A DNA stretch of 64,000 nt from Promethearchaeia archaeon (GCA_029856045.1 JAHQWG010000012.1:96001-160000), one strand, 5' to 3'; shown: positions 20,830 through 31,218, counted from the stretch's first letter. Notes: generated by a model not told the origin, from the letters alone. Numbers and translations are program-made.

Positions 20830-22038
20830 TTAAAATTCTACTTTTTCCTCAAATTTCAACTCTTTTCCGCAGCTTTTACACCTTGAATCTATCAATTTTT
20901 CAAAGCATTTTGTATGGTATAATGCATTACATTTGTAATTGCCACATTTAATTATATCTTGTTCTTCCTCAAATATCATATTACATACAGGGCAGGAGCT
21001 ATATAATGCCTCATCACCTAACTGTGAAGAAGTTGTCCTTTTTGCATAAAAAACATCACTTGTTTCAGATTTAGAAATCAGACTTGGTTTTCTTAATGCT
21101 TGCAGTTTTGTAATTTGCTGAACCTCTACTGGAATTTTTAGAAGATAAAAACAATGAGGACAACGAAAAGCTCCTGAAGCTTTTAATTTATCATCAGATA
21201 AACTTGCCGCGTAAGCCGTGGCACAGTGGAGGTGCATAGGGATTTGGCAGTCAGGACAATATCTTCCCTCTGTAAAGAATGTTCCTCCACAATATGGACA
21301 TATATCAGAAAAACAAATAGAACATTTTTTATAATCCACTTCTCCGCGAATTTGTTTTATCCGTTCTTGTTGGTCTTTGGTTAAATCCTGTGTTCTCAAG
21401 AGAGAGGCAGCAATTTTACGTAAGAATGCTGGATTTTCAATAGTGGACTTGATATCTATTGTACCACTTACTACATTTGATGTTGCCATCACTTTAGCTG
21501 AATTAAGCATACTATCTGAATCATTATTATAAAAGTATTGACCTTTAGTGACCTCTGATAATCTTTTTAATATATTAAAATGGGTTAATTCACCCAATAT
21601 TATTGTATCTATCTTTATATTTAACTTACTTGCTAAATTAGCCATCTTTAAAGGATCAATTGACGTCTTTGTATAATTACCATCAGAAATTATTAAAATT
21701 CGAGGCACCTTAGCACTAATTTTTCTTAGCTCTCCTATTTGTTTTTGGATTCCGAGAGCGAGAGTATCCCCCAGAGTGGATTTTCCCTCAAATTTTATAT
21801 TGTTTAAATTTTTAATTATTACTTCTTCATTGCTATTGAAATCCAAAACAAGTTTAGGATTATCAGATATCGTTATGATAGCAAAAGATGTTGATGGATC
21901 TTTTTGAAGTCTTGTAGAAACTAGGACTTGTAGAGCCTTTTTACAAGATTCTAATCTATTTGGTACGTAATCTTTTCTATACATTGAACGACTAACATCA
22001 AAACATATGATAATATTTTCAGAGACTAGTTGGCTCAT
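20830..22038 (-). CDS. vWA domain (Ssl1/p44-Rpn10-like) fused to two RING/PHD-like zinc fingers
   Basis: IICFDVSRSMYRKDYVPNRL, ILIISDG; CSIC..CPYC..CPDC..MHLHC..CPHC and CPVC..C..C..YHTKC..CKSC. Confidence 0.8.
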   Translation of the reverse strand: MSQLVSENIIICFDVSRSMYRKDYVPNRLESCKKALQVLVSTRLQKDPSTSFAIITISDNPKLVLDFNSNEEVIIKNLNNIKFEGKSTLGDTLALGIQKQIGELRKISAKVPRILIISDGNYTKTSIDPLKMANLASKLNIKIDTIILGELTHFNILKRLSEVTKGQYFYNNDSDSMLNSAKVMATSNVVSGTIDIKSTIENPAFLRKIAASLLRTQDLTKDQQERIKQIRGEVDYKKCSICFSDICPYCGGTFFTEGRYCPDCQIPMHLHCATAYAASLSDDKLKASGAFRCPHCFYLLKIPVEVQQITKLQALRKPSLISKSETSDVFYAKRTTSSQLGDEALYSSCPVCNMIFEEEQDIIKCGNYKCNALYHTKCFEKLIDSRCKSCGKELKFEEKVEF

Positions 22039-22412
22039 TTCAATTTTAGAAGAAATCTTTTCAGTTGATTATAAGATATTTTAATGAACTTAGAGGAAAT
22101 TAATCCTTTCAAGTTGTATTTATGAATATAATAGAAATTAAGTTTTATAAAAACTTTTATAAAAAGGGACAAATAAAACGCAGATTGTAAGAAAATACTT
22201 AAGGTTCAATTCTACTCAATATGTTCATTTTTTCTATAAATTTGAATTGAAATAAATTTTACAATTGGAGATAATAAATAGATAAAAATAAAAGGGCTTT
22301 TGATGATTTTTTTTATGATATATTTGCAAATAATTAATATAATTTGTGAATAAATAATATTATTAATATATAATTTAATTTTAAAATAAAACAAATAAAA
22401 TGAATTTAGAAT

Positions 22413-23624
22413 ATGCAAATATCAGGAAATAAGGACATTGAAAAAATAAAGGGTTTTTTCAAATCAAGCATTCTCATTGATGATATTATGGAAATCCTAA
22501 AATATAAAGTGGACTCTCTAATTGGAATTGATACGATTAGTGCAAATATTCTCAAGAAATCGGCAGTGAATACTATTAAAGATCTAGCAGAATTACCTGA
22601 TGAGAAAATTCTTGAAAATAAAGAAATTCCCGCAGATATTTTAGAAAAATGGATAAGCATTGCAAAATTAATCCAGGAATTTATTAGTTCAAGCAGATTT
22701 GCGCAGAAAAAAGTTTTATTGATCGGATTGGATAATGGTGGAAAGACTTCGATCTTAAATGTAATTCAAGATAAATATTCTATGGTTAAAAATATCTTGC
22801 CTACCAGAGGAGTTCAGCGAGAACAGCTAGACTTCTTTGGGTATGGGGTTATTAGCTGGGATTTAGGTGGTCAAATTCAATATCGTGAAAATTTATATTT
22901 TAAAAGACCAGAATTATATTTTTCTGATGCGGATTTACTTTTATACGTTGTTGATGTTCAAGATCCTAAGAGATTCGTAGAGTCCGCAAATTATCTAAAA
23001 ATTGTCCTTCAAACACTCCAGGATTTAACAGAGAATCCTGAGATATTAATTATTCTAAATAAATTTGATCCTGATTTGAAAAATGATAAAACAACTTTAG
23101 CTAATGTTGTATCTGCAAAAACCAAATTTAATACTATGGTAAAAGAATATGGTTTTGAATCTCTTGATTTTGTGAATACTACAATTTTCGAAAGTTTTAC
23201 CATTAAACAAATGTTTTCAGTTGCACTTAAAAAGATCTCCGAGACATCAGAGATTATTGAAAAGATTTTATCTCGATTTTCAGATTCGGTTGAAGGAAGA
23301 GCTATTTCTATTATTTCTACGGATGGACTTATTTTTGGTAGTTTCGCTAAAAATGAAGCAGATGAGATGTTAATTAACAATACTGCTTTGTTGATGCAGA
23401 CTTTATTGAGTTTTCATTCAACTGTTGGATTATTAAGAGAAAATTCGATGGTGCTCGAATATAGGTTAAATAAGTTCTCTATTCGGGGCGAAAAATTATT
23501 TGAGTATAGTGATAAAAAAATTCCAGTTTATCTTTGGTTGTTGAGTGAAAATGTATCACTTTTAGATGAAAAATTAAATTACTTTACCACAGAAATAATG
23601 CCCTTAATAAACTTATTTGTTTAA
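22413..23624 (+). CDS. Arf/Rag-like small GTPase with N-terminal HhH-like and C-terminal roadblock-like domains
   Basis: GLDNGGKT, PTRG, WDLGGQ, NKFD; N-term LIGIDTISANILKKSAVNTIKDLA; C-term AISIISTDGLIFGS. Confidence 0.85.
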   Translation: MQISGNKDIEKIKGFFKSSILIDDIMEILKYKVDSLIGIDTISANILKKSAVNTIKDLAELPDEKILENKEIPADILEKWISIAKLIQEFISSSRFAQKKVLLIGLDNGGKTSILNVIQDKYSMVKNILPTRGVQREQLDFFGYGVISWDLGGQIQYRENLYFKRPELYFSDADLLLYVVDVQDPKRFVESANYLKIVLQTLQDLTENPEILIILNKFDPDLKNDKTTLANVVSAKTKFNTMVKEYGFESLDFVNTTIFESFTIKQMFSVALKKISETSEIIEKILSRFSDSVEGRAISIISTDGLIFGSFAKNEADEMLINNTALLMQTLLSFHSTVGLLRENSMVLEYRLNKFSIRGEKLFEYSDKKIPVYLWLLSENVSLLDEKLNYFTTEIMPLINLFV

Positions 23625-23751
23625 TTCGCAAAATTTCTTTTATTTCTTTATTTATTTTTCTAATACCTGAAAATCAAGGATAAAATTTAGTTCAAATTTT
23701 CTAATACTATACAAATCTTAAAAAAAAAAAGTTTAGTAATAGTTAAAATAT

Positions 23752-24261
23752 TTATTTTTTTCTTCCCACTAAAAACGAGCCAACTAATGCAATTACAGCT
23801 CCCGCACACGCAATGAAGAAACCATTACCTAATCGCCAAGTCCATGTTCCTAAAAAATCCACAGTACCAAAAAAAACGTTGTAATCAGCTCCAAACAGCC
23901 ATTCTAAACCAGCGAGGATAGATTCAAAGTGTTCTTCAACATAGAGTGCATAACAGAATAGCGCTAATCCTAAAATCATTAAAAATGAGCACAAAAGTGA
24001 TCCTGCTTTTGATCCCTTTGCTGCAGCTAAAATAACTAAAACAGAACTGGCAACAAACAGTAGTCCCCCGATTAAAAACAATTCTCCTGCAAAATCTCCA
24101 ACTACATTATATCCATATGGATTTAGATAACCTGCATTTGTTCCCCAACCCACATAAGTGACTTCCCACCACCCTAGCGATGGTTCAATAAAGGTTAAGA
24201 TGGCAGCTAAGATACCAATAATTCCACCTATTATTGCTAAAATTTTAGACAAATTTCTCAC
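23752..24261 (-). CDS. Small four-TM membrane protein
   Basis: Four hydrophobic helices, beta-rich loop after TM1, basic C-terminus. Confidence 0.8.
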   Translation of the reverse strand: MRNLSKILAIIGGIIGILAAILTFIEPSLGWWEVTYVGWGTNAGYLNPYGYNVVGDFAGELFLIGGLLFVASSVLVILAAAKGSKAGSLLCSFLMILGLALFCYALYVEEHFESILAGLEWLFGADYNVFFGTVDFLGTWTWRLGNGFFIACAGAVIALVGSFLVGRKK

Positions 24262-24485
24262 TCATTAATTAAATAATTTATTTCAGTATCACATTAGAAG
24301 TTTTAATTACTTTTTATTATTACTTAAAAAATTTAACCATAAGTTATAAATTAAAATAATGTATGATCGATTTTTTAATAATTATTCATAAATTTTATCT
24401 TTTATCTTTTTTTTATTATAAATAACCATAATAGGATGCTTAGCATATCTTACTTAAAATAAGTTTTTTATAAATATCGCAAAAA

Positions 24486-25340
24486 GTGCAAGAGAAAATG
24501 GAACAAAAAAGTGAAGAAAAAAAAGGACTTACTAATGAAGAAAGAATGGAATTAATAAAATCAAACATGGAGAAGATAAGATACAAAATAGCGATAATTT
24601 CAGGGAAGGGAGGGGTTGGTAAGAGTACGGTTGCAGTGAATTTAGCAATGAAATTGGCAAGCACAGGTTCTGCTGTGGGATTACTTGATATCGACATCAC
24701 AGGTCCCAATGTAGCGAAAATGATTGGATTGAGTCCTGAATTGAAGCCACAGGTAGATCCTAATAAAATGCAATTTTTTCCAATCAATGGACCTCTCAAC
24801 ATTAAAGTCATGAGCATGGCATTCTTAATTGATGATAGTGATAGTCCGGTAATTTGGCGAGGACCAATGAAAATGAGCGCAACACGGCAATTTCTTGGGG
24901 ATGCACAATGGGGTTATTTGGATTATTTAGTAATCGATTTGCCACCAGGTACCGGGGATGAGACTTTAGATATATTACAATTGATACCAGATGTTCATAT
25001 TATTATTGTTACAACACCTCAAGAAGTAGCACTGATGGATTCTAGAAAAACCATTAAGATGTCTCTTATCATGAATAGAGATGTAATAGGAATTATAGAG
25101 AATATGTCAGGTTATATTTGCTCCGAGTGTGGCCATAAAGTCGATTTATTTGGGAAAGGAGGTGGAGAAAAAGCGGCAAAAGATTTTAATGTGCCTCTTT
25201 TGGGTCAAATTCCTCTAGATCCAAATATTAGAGTAACTGGTGACTCAGGATTACCATTCATAGTTCAATATCCAGATTCTCCAGCCTCAAAAGCTTTTAC
25301 AGAATCAGTAAATAAAATTAAGGATATCTTAGAGAAATAA
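24486..25340 (+). CDS. mrp: Mrp/ApbC/NBP35 iron-sulfur cluster carrier ATPase; likely start ATG 24498
   Basis: SGKGGVGKST, DIDITGP, VIWRGP, DLPPGTGD, ENMS..CSEC. Confidence 0.93.
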   Translation: MQEKMEQKSEEKKGLTNEERMELIKSNMEKIRYKIAIISGKGGVGKSTVAVNLAMKLASTGSAVGLLDIDITGPNVAKMIGLSPELKPQVDPNKMQFFPINGPLNIKVMSMAFLIDDSDSPVIWRGPMKMSATRQFLGDAQWGYLDYLVIDLPPGTGDETLDILQLIPDVHIIIVTTPQEVALMDSRKTIKMSLIMNRDVIGIIENMSGYICSECGHKVDLFGKGGGEKAAKDFNVPLLGQIPLDPNIRVTGDSGLPFIVQYPDSPASKAFTESVNKIKDILEK

Positions 25341-25414
25341 TTTCTTCTTTTTTTTTTATTACTCTTTTGAAAATAATCTAATTATAATAAAAAAAAAGAA
25401 TAAAAAATGTAAAT

Positions 25415-27772
25415 TTATTTTATATATTTTTTTGATAACCTTTCTACGATAGTAGGATCTAGGACTTCTCTTGGTTCCCAATTCTTCGATTTTAAGTATT
25501 CCAAAATTTCTGTTTTCATATTAATTGGAATATCAGCCTCAACTCGAATATATTTCTCCAATTCGTCTGGTATATTTACGCCAAGATATTTTCGAGATAA
25601 ATCCATCCAGTGTGTTATTTTAATCATTCTTCCTTTAGTATTATCAGCTGGTCGAATACAAAGTTTAGCACAGAGGACAATTGCTTGCTCTATTGATTCT
25701 GCGGTTGTTAGAAGATGTTCTGGGGCGGGGGCGACTGGATGACCTGAAGTTCCATCTCTCGCATTATAAGCTGTCCAAACTTCATCATTATCAGTACGAC
25801 CAAGATACATTCTTCTATATTCTGCAGAATGAGGACCACATACTGCTGGTATACCCAAACCATTAGCACTACTGGCTATGCTTGCCGCCTTCTGGCTCAT
25901 AGCCCCCCAAGCAACACCTACTGCTCCAACGCGGTTTAATATATAATCAGCAATTTCTTCATAGTTTCCACGTAATGGACGCCTTGCAAATATATTTGCA
26001 ACTTTGCAGGCAGCACCACAGATATGCGGATTACTGACACAACTTCCAACATTGACTAAACCACCTCTATCGAAATCACCTGGAAATCTATCATATAAAG
26101 TTTCACCTTCTTCGTTTTTCACAAGTGCAATATCCATTGCAGCACATCCAGATACACACACAATATAACCTCTAATTAAAAACTCTTCCACTAAAATATA
26201 TAGTTCTTGAATTTCTTTCGCGTAGTTTGCACAACCTATAGGTGCAATAATACCAGGAATTTCTCCAAAAACTATAGGAGCGCCAACATTTCTAATTTCT
26301 GTATCTTGAATTGGTCCTCTGCCAGCTCTCATATTAAACTTTTCATTTCTAATATATTCCTGTCCCGCAAATATGATTAAATCTAAGGGAGAGACACCAT
26401 GCATACATTCCCCTTCACATCGACCGCAATCTAAACACCATTCTGAAATATCGGCTAATAATTTGAAATCACCGTCCTTTGCAGCTTCTATTGCATCTAT
26501 TAAAGGTAAATCATTTGGGCAATTGCGCTGACAATTTCCACATGAAATACATTTTTTAGCCATCTCTATTGCTTCTTCTCTGTCAGGAATAGATTTTTTT
26601 CCTTTTCTTATTGGTTTTACTTTAATCGCAACTTCAACTGCTACTTTTCCTGCTTTTTCAGGATTAAGAATGAGCACACCTTTTACTTTTCCTGAAACTA
26701 GATCATCAATAATTTCTTGGGTAGGATCTGCAGTTCTATCCGGAAGTCCTTCCATTCTCTTTTCATTAGTTGCAATATAAGGTGCATTTACCTTTTTTGC
26801 TTCTTCAAAAGTACGTAAATGAACGCATTGTTCATCTACCATCACCACATCTGCCAACCCAGAACGAATATATTTCAATTGTCTTGATAAGGAACCAACA
26901 ACTTTAGCCCCTTCATAATAACGTGTAAGGTCTATTGCAGTACAACATATAGCTCCCACATCTACTTTATCCTCTAATTCTTTTTCTCTCATATAATCAG
27001 CTAATTCAATTCCCGGAGCTACATTATGACCGATCATTAAAATTGTGGCTTTATTTTCTGTATCAAGTGTTCCCATTCCCAATTCTACTATTGGAACGTC
27101 AGCTTCTCCTTTGGGGAATCCAAATGCAGCAATTTGCACAGCATCTGCAATCTCCATTCCTACATTATCACAAAGACCCGCCAAAAAACTTTTAGATTCA
27201 AAATCTAAATAACTAGATTCTTGTCCAGTATGACCCGCAGATAAGAGATGGGTAATGGTATTTTGAACCCATTTCATTGCCTCTAGACAATCAGAAAGGT
27301 TTTCTGGTTTCATTCCAACGATTAATCGAGTCATTGGCATCTCAACTTCAATCTTATCCCCAAAATTTATCGGAACATCCCCAAATTTGTGCATTAAATG
27401 ATGGATTAAATGATCTCCATGAGCACTATGGCAGCTTGCTCCAATGCAACATGCAATCTCTACTATTCTTCCTTGCTGTCCTTTCATATCAATCCCGCAT
27501 GCGCCAGTCTTTCCCTTTGATAAATTGCATTTTCCGAAGGTACAAAGACAGCACATATCACAAATAGGCATATAGAAAGGAGGATATCGTTCCATTAATT
27601 TAAAGAACCAAGGTCTTAAAGTAGGGATTATTGGTTTTGGTGTAGGACCCATAGGTTCCCATTCTTCATAATCACTAGAAACTACTTTGCCAACAGTGAA
27701 CTCAAAACCCTTGATCTTTCCAAGAGGACCTTTATATTCGTCTATCTTTATTCTTGCGCCTTTTTCCGTCAA
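25415..27772 (-). CDS. cdhA: CO dehydrogenase/acetyl-CoA synthase complex alpha subunit
   Basis: WEPMGPTPKP, CDMCCLCTFGKC, GHNV, ICCT, DEQC, two ferredoxin CxxCxxC motifs, VGSCVSNPH, WGAMSQKA. Confidence 0.96.
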   Translation of the reverse strand: MTEKGARIKIDEYKGPLGKIKGFEFTVGKVVSSDYEEWEPMGPTPKPIIPTLRPWFFKLMERYPPFYMPICDMCCLCTFGKCNLSKGKTGACGIDMKGQQGRIVEIACCIGASCHSAHGDHLIHHLMHKFGDVPINFGDKIEVEMPMTRLIVGMKPENLSDCLEAMKWVQNTITHLLSAGHTGQESSYLDFESKSFLAGLCDNVGMEIADAVQIAAFGFPKGEADVPIVELGMGTLDTENKATILMIGHNVAPGIELADYMREKELEDKVDVGAICCTAIDLTRYYEGAKVVGSLSRQLKYIRSGLADVVMVDEQCVHLRTFEEAKKVNAPYIATNEKRMEGLPDRTADPTQEIIDDLVSGKVKGVLILNPEKAGKVAVEVAIKVKPIRKGKKSIPDREEAIEMAKKCISCGNCQRNCPNDLPLIDAIEAAKDGDFKLLADISEWCLDCGRCEGECMHGVSPLDLIIFAGQEYIRNEKFNMRAGRGPIQDTEIRNVGAPIVFGEIPGIIAPIGCANYAKEIQELYILVEEFLIRGYIVCVSGCAAMDIALVKNEEGETLYDRFPGDFDRGGLVNVGSCVSNPHICGAACKVANIFARRPLRGNYEEIADYILNRVGAVGVAWGAMSQKAASIASSANGLGIPAVCGPHSAEYRRMYLGRTDNDEVWTAYNARDGTSGHPVAPAPEHLLTTAESIEQAIVLCAKLCIRPADNTKGRMIKITHWMDLSRKYLGVNIPDELEKYIRVEADIPINMKTEILEYLKSKNWEPREVLDPTIVERLSKKYIK

Positions 27773-27959
27773 TATTTTTCACGAGATATTAATAGTTTAT
27801 ATTTATCTTAAATTAATTAAGATAAAAGAATTCGATTTTAAATTTTAACTTTTATAATTTAATCAATATTTTTGAGTTTTTACTATATTCAATAACTTCC
27901 ACTTTAATTGGAAATGATTGAATTAAAGAATAATATAACTAAATAATTTTTAAAATAAT

Positions 27960-28481
27960 TTATTCTTGCTCAAACTCAAATTTAAATGAGCACATATCTG
28001 CTCCTTTCAAAATACAATTAATCTCTCTCCCTTCACTATCTATTCCTATCTCTTCAATAAGACCTGTGAAAATTCCATTGTAAATTATACAAATATTTTT
28101 TGCCATAATATTATCAATATAATCTTTTGAAAGAGGATTTCCCACATCGATAGTAATATTTCCCTTTCCATAATTTAAAACAAGAATTCCATATCCTAAA
28201 CTCTGTAATATTTCAAGTATAGAATTAATTATTTTCATTTTCTCTCGAAATTTTAATGATGCTACATCGCTAGTTTTAATAAAATCTTTAGCTATGGATT
28301 TTCCAATAGATTTTCCAACCCAGATTAGGATATCCTTAGATTCTGAGCCAGCTAATTCTCCGAACTCAATTAGTTCTTCTGGTCTAATCATTAAAAGAGG
28401 TAAATTTGAATCTTTTAAATAAATATGGGATTTTTCTTCATCTAAGAAAACATTTTCGACTTTTTTTACCCGTTTAAACAA
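27960..28481 (-). CDS. V4R-domain protein (Bet3/TRAPP-related fold)
   Basis: VGKSIG, LGYG, C..YNGIFTG, EINCILKGADMCSF; GAGGTG SD before TTG. Confidence 0.85.
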   Translation of the reverse strand: MFKRVKKVENVFLDEEKSHIYLKDSNLPLLMIRPEELIEFGELAGSESKDILIWVGKSIGKSIAKDFIKTSDVASLKFREKMKIINSILEILQSLGYGILVLNYGKGNITIDVGNPLSKDYIDNIMAKNICIIYNGIFTGLIEEIGIDSEGREINCILKGADMCSFKFEFEQE

Positions 28482-28656
28482 TATTCCGCACCTCTGTTTT
28501 AATTTAAATTTTTTTTTTTTTTTTTAATTGTTTATTATTTTAGTGTTTATTATTATTATATTCTATCTAATTATAATTCAGTTTTTCAATTTTATTTAAT
28601 TTTTTGTAGAATATAAGATTAAAAAAAAACATAAAAAAGATAGTCCAAGATAAATT

Positions 28657-29661
28657 TTAGACATCTGGTAAAATTGTGGATGCTTTCTCACTTAACCAAT
28701 CTAAAGATTTTATAATATTAACATTATCTGCTACACTAATAGTCATAATATCCCAAGTTCGATTAGTAATTTCATTTAAATTAAAATGCTTGATTAATTC
28801 CTTTTCTGATATTAGAGCAAAGGGTAAATCAATTTTATTAGCCAAAATTAGAAGTGGGACACCTTCAAGCTCGTATCGAATTAAAATATTCCATAGCTCC
28901 TTTTTAGATTCATCAAATCTTACCTCATCGGCTGCATCTACCATATATATTAACATATTAGAATCTTGCATTCCTAAAAGCCACTTAGATCTAAGTCTTA
29001 CTTGACCAGGAACATCCCAAAAAATAAAATTATAATCGTTATGTGTATAATGTTCAATATTGAATTGTCTTGTTGGTTCATAATAATTTTGATTATATTC
29101 TCCCGTAGTTATTCTTCGTACATATGAAGTTTTACCAGCTTCATCAAGTCCAAAAATAAAAACTTTTAATATTGATCCATGATCTCTAAATGCTAAAAAT
29201 GGAGAATATCCTAAAACTTCATCATAATATCGTCTTATGTCTATAAAAATTGAGATTATTAATGTCTCTAATTCTAGATAATTACTAATTATATTTTGCT
29301 TTTCAGGTAAAAAATATTTGTTAATTTGTTCTTCAAAAACTTCTTTTAAATCATAGGGATTATCATCTTTTTCCAATACTAAACCAATAATTGCATCGGG
29401 ATAAATTAAACAGCTATAAATATTAATTCCTTCAGTAATTAATGGAGAATACAAAACTGGAGTCTTGTTCTTTCCCACTTCGAGATTGGATACTTTTTCT
29501 CTAAAATTCAATATTAGATCTGAGATAGACTTGTTTTTAACAATGTTAGATAATTTTTTTGGATAGCTTATTGTGTTCATATTTGAAAAATTATCTTGGG
29601 TTAAATCAACATTTAATATACTAATATCTCTACTGCTTATAAAAAATATATCTTTTAGCAT
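28657..29661 (-). CDS. Arf-family small GTPase with N-terminal longin-like domain
   Basis: GLDEAGKT, PT, WDVPGQ..RSKW, YMVDAAD, ANKID; N-terminal 160 aa alpha/beta region with IIGLVLEKDDNP. Confidence 0.85.
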   Translation of the reverse strand: MLKDIFFISSRDISILNVDLTQDNFSNMNTISYPKKLSNIVKNKSISDLILNFREKVSNLEVGKNKTPVLYSPLITEGINIYSCLIYPDAIIGLVLEKDDNPYDLKEVFEEQINKYFLPEKQNIISNYLELETLIISIFIDIRRYYDEVLGYSPFLAFRDHGSILKVFIFGLDEAGKTSYVRRITTGEYNQNYYEPTRQFNIEHYTHNDYNFIFWDVPGQVRLRSKWLLGMQDSNMLIYMVDAADEVRFDESKKELWNILIRYELEGVPLLILANKIDLPFALISEKELIKHFNLNEITNRTWDIMTISVADNVNIIKSLDWLSEKASTILPDV

Positions 29662-29799
29662 AGCAACTCGGTTTCAAATATTGTATTTTTAAACCTAATT
29701 ATTTTTTGGTTTTGTAAATTAAGAATAATTCAAATTATTAACTATTTAAAAATTGGATGATTAAAAAAATTTTTTAAAAAATAGTAAAATTTAATTGTC

Positions 29800-31218
29800 T
29801 TAATCAGAACCATTTTTTTCTTCATTTTGATTTTGCTCTGTATCATTTTGAATATTTTCTTTTTTTTTTGTTTCTTCAGAACTTACTGAAATCAGTTTTG
29901 AACCACAAACAGGACACTCAGACCAACCATTACGGCATCCGTAGGAACATTGCGGGCAAGGAATAATATCCTTAGTATCCTTCCATTCAGGAATATTTAG
30001 GGTTCCTTGACGAGATTTTGCAAGGTTTTCAAGTTCTTCTTCAGACCATTCAGGTAAGTTAACTCCTAAATCAGTACGAGATTTTGCTATATCTAATAAT
30101 TGCTCTTCAGTCCATAGTTCCATGTTTGGTGGAAGTCCAGTTCCAAGCCCACGCTCAGCTGCATCTTTTACAAGGTCTTCTCGAGTCCAAACCTCTAATC
30201 TCTGTCCGCCGGGTCCAATAGCCTGTCCTGCTTGAGTTGGAGGTGTTGGACCAGTACTCACTTCTGAAGGTTTTTTTGTAGAAGGTGCTTCATAACATAG
30301 TGCAGAGAAGCGTAATAATGCTTCAAAACAAGTAGCAAATGCGTTGACCGATTTACTTTCATCTTGAACAACAACAATCGTTGATCCATCTTGCATACTT
30401 GGCACTGCTATAGCGCAAATTGACACAGGAGAACTGGTTCTTTTTGACTCTGTTGCTGAGGAGAGTTTTTCCATTGCATCTATTAATTCTTTATCCTTTA
30501 GTAGAAAATCACAAATTGGTTCTCCATGCCTTTGATACTGTTCATGATAGCGAGTTAAATTATTCTTGGTTGTATCTTTATCCATTGAGGAAATTAGTTC
30601 AGTTATATATGAATAATTCTCGATCATTGATCCTTTATGTTCTGATTTTTCAGGATTAAAGTCGCCTAAATCAAGATCTCCTATCAAGGGTGCAAATAAC
30701 GGGTCCGCATCTTTTATTTTTCCAAATAAGGTAATCCGTGGAATAATACATTTAATTTCTGCATAATATGAAATTGAATTATCATTAATTGAAATTTTTT
30801 CTGGTTTTTCATTATCAACCATAATTCTTGGAATTGTCCGAAAATACACTTCAACAAAAGGTAATTGCTTAACAGGGATAATCGCTCCGCAACCCATTGG
30901 AATCAATAATTGAAAATTTTTAACATAAGAATTTATTAATTTTTCAAGATCATTTTTCACTTCATTATATTCTTCCTTTTCTAATTCTTTCTTAATATTA
31001 TCTTTTAATTTTTCCAACTTTTCTTCATTCTTCTCAATATTGCCCCCAAATACCTTCACTTCGTCTATTGTATTTTCCTTAAGAATAGAAATAGCATTAT
31101 CAATGATCTTTTGCTGTTCTTTGTTTAGTTCATTAAAAACTAAATAATTATTAACATCAAAATCACTACTTTTAATTAAAACTCTTAATTTTTGAAATAA
31201 TTCTGAAATAATTCTCAA
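29800..31218 (-). CDS. Hypothetical protein with C-terminal W[ST]xExL repeats and zinc ribbon
   Basis: EVWTREDL, ELWTEEQL, PEWSEEEL, PEWKD, then CPQC..CPVC. Confidence 0.8.
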   Translation of the reverse strand: MRIISELFQKLRVLIKSSDFDVNNYLVFNELNKEQQKIIDNAISILKENTIDEVKVFGGNIEKNEEKLEKLKDNIKKELEKEEYNEVKNDLEKLINSYVKNFQLLIPMGCGAIIPVKQLPFVEVYFRTIPRIMVDNEKPEKISINDNSISYYAEIKCIIPRITLFGKIKDADPLFAPLIGDLDLGDFNPEKSEHKGSMIENYSYITELISSMDKDTTKNNLTRYHEQYQRHGEPICDFLLKDKELIDAMEKLSSATESKRTSSPVSICAIAVPSMQDGSTIVVVQDESKSVNAFATCFEALLRFSALCYEAPSTKKPSEVSTGPTPPTQAGQAIGPGGQRLEVWTREDLVKDAAERGLGTGLPPNMELWTEEQLLDIAKSRTDLGVNLPEWSEEELENLAKSRQGTLNIPEWKDTKDIIPCPQCSYGCRNGWSECPVCGSKLISVSSEETKKKENIQNDTEQNQNEEKNGSD

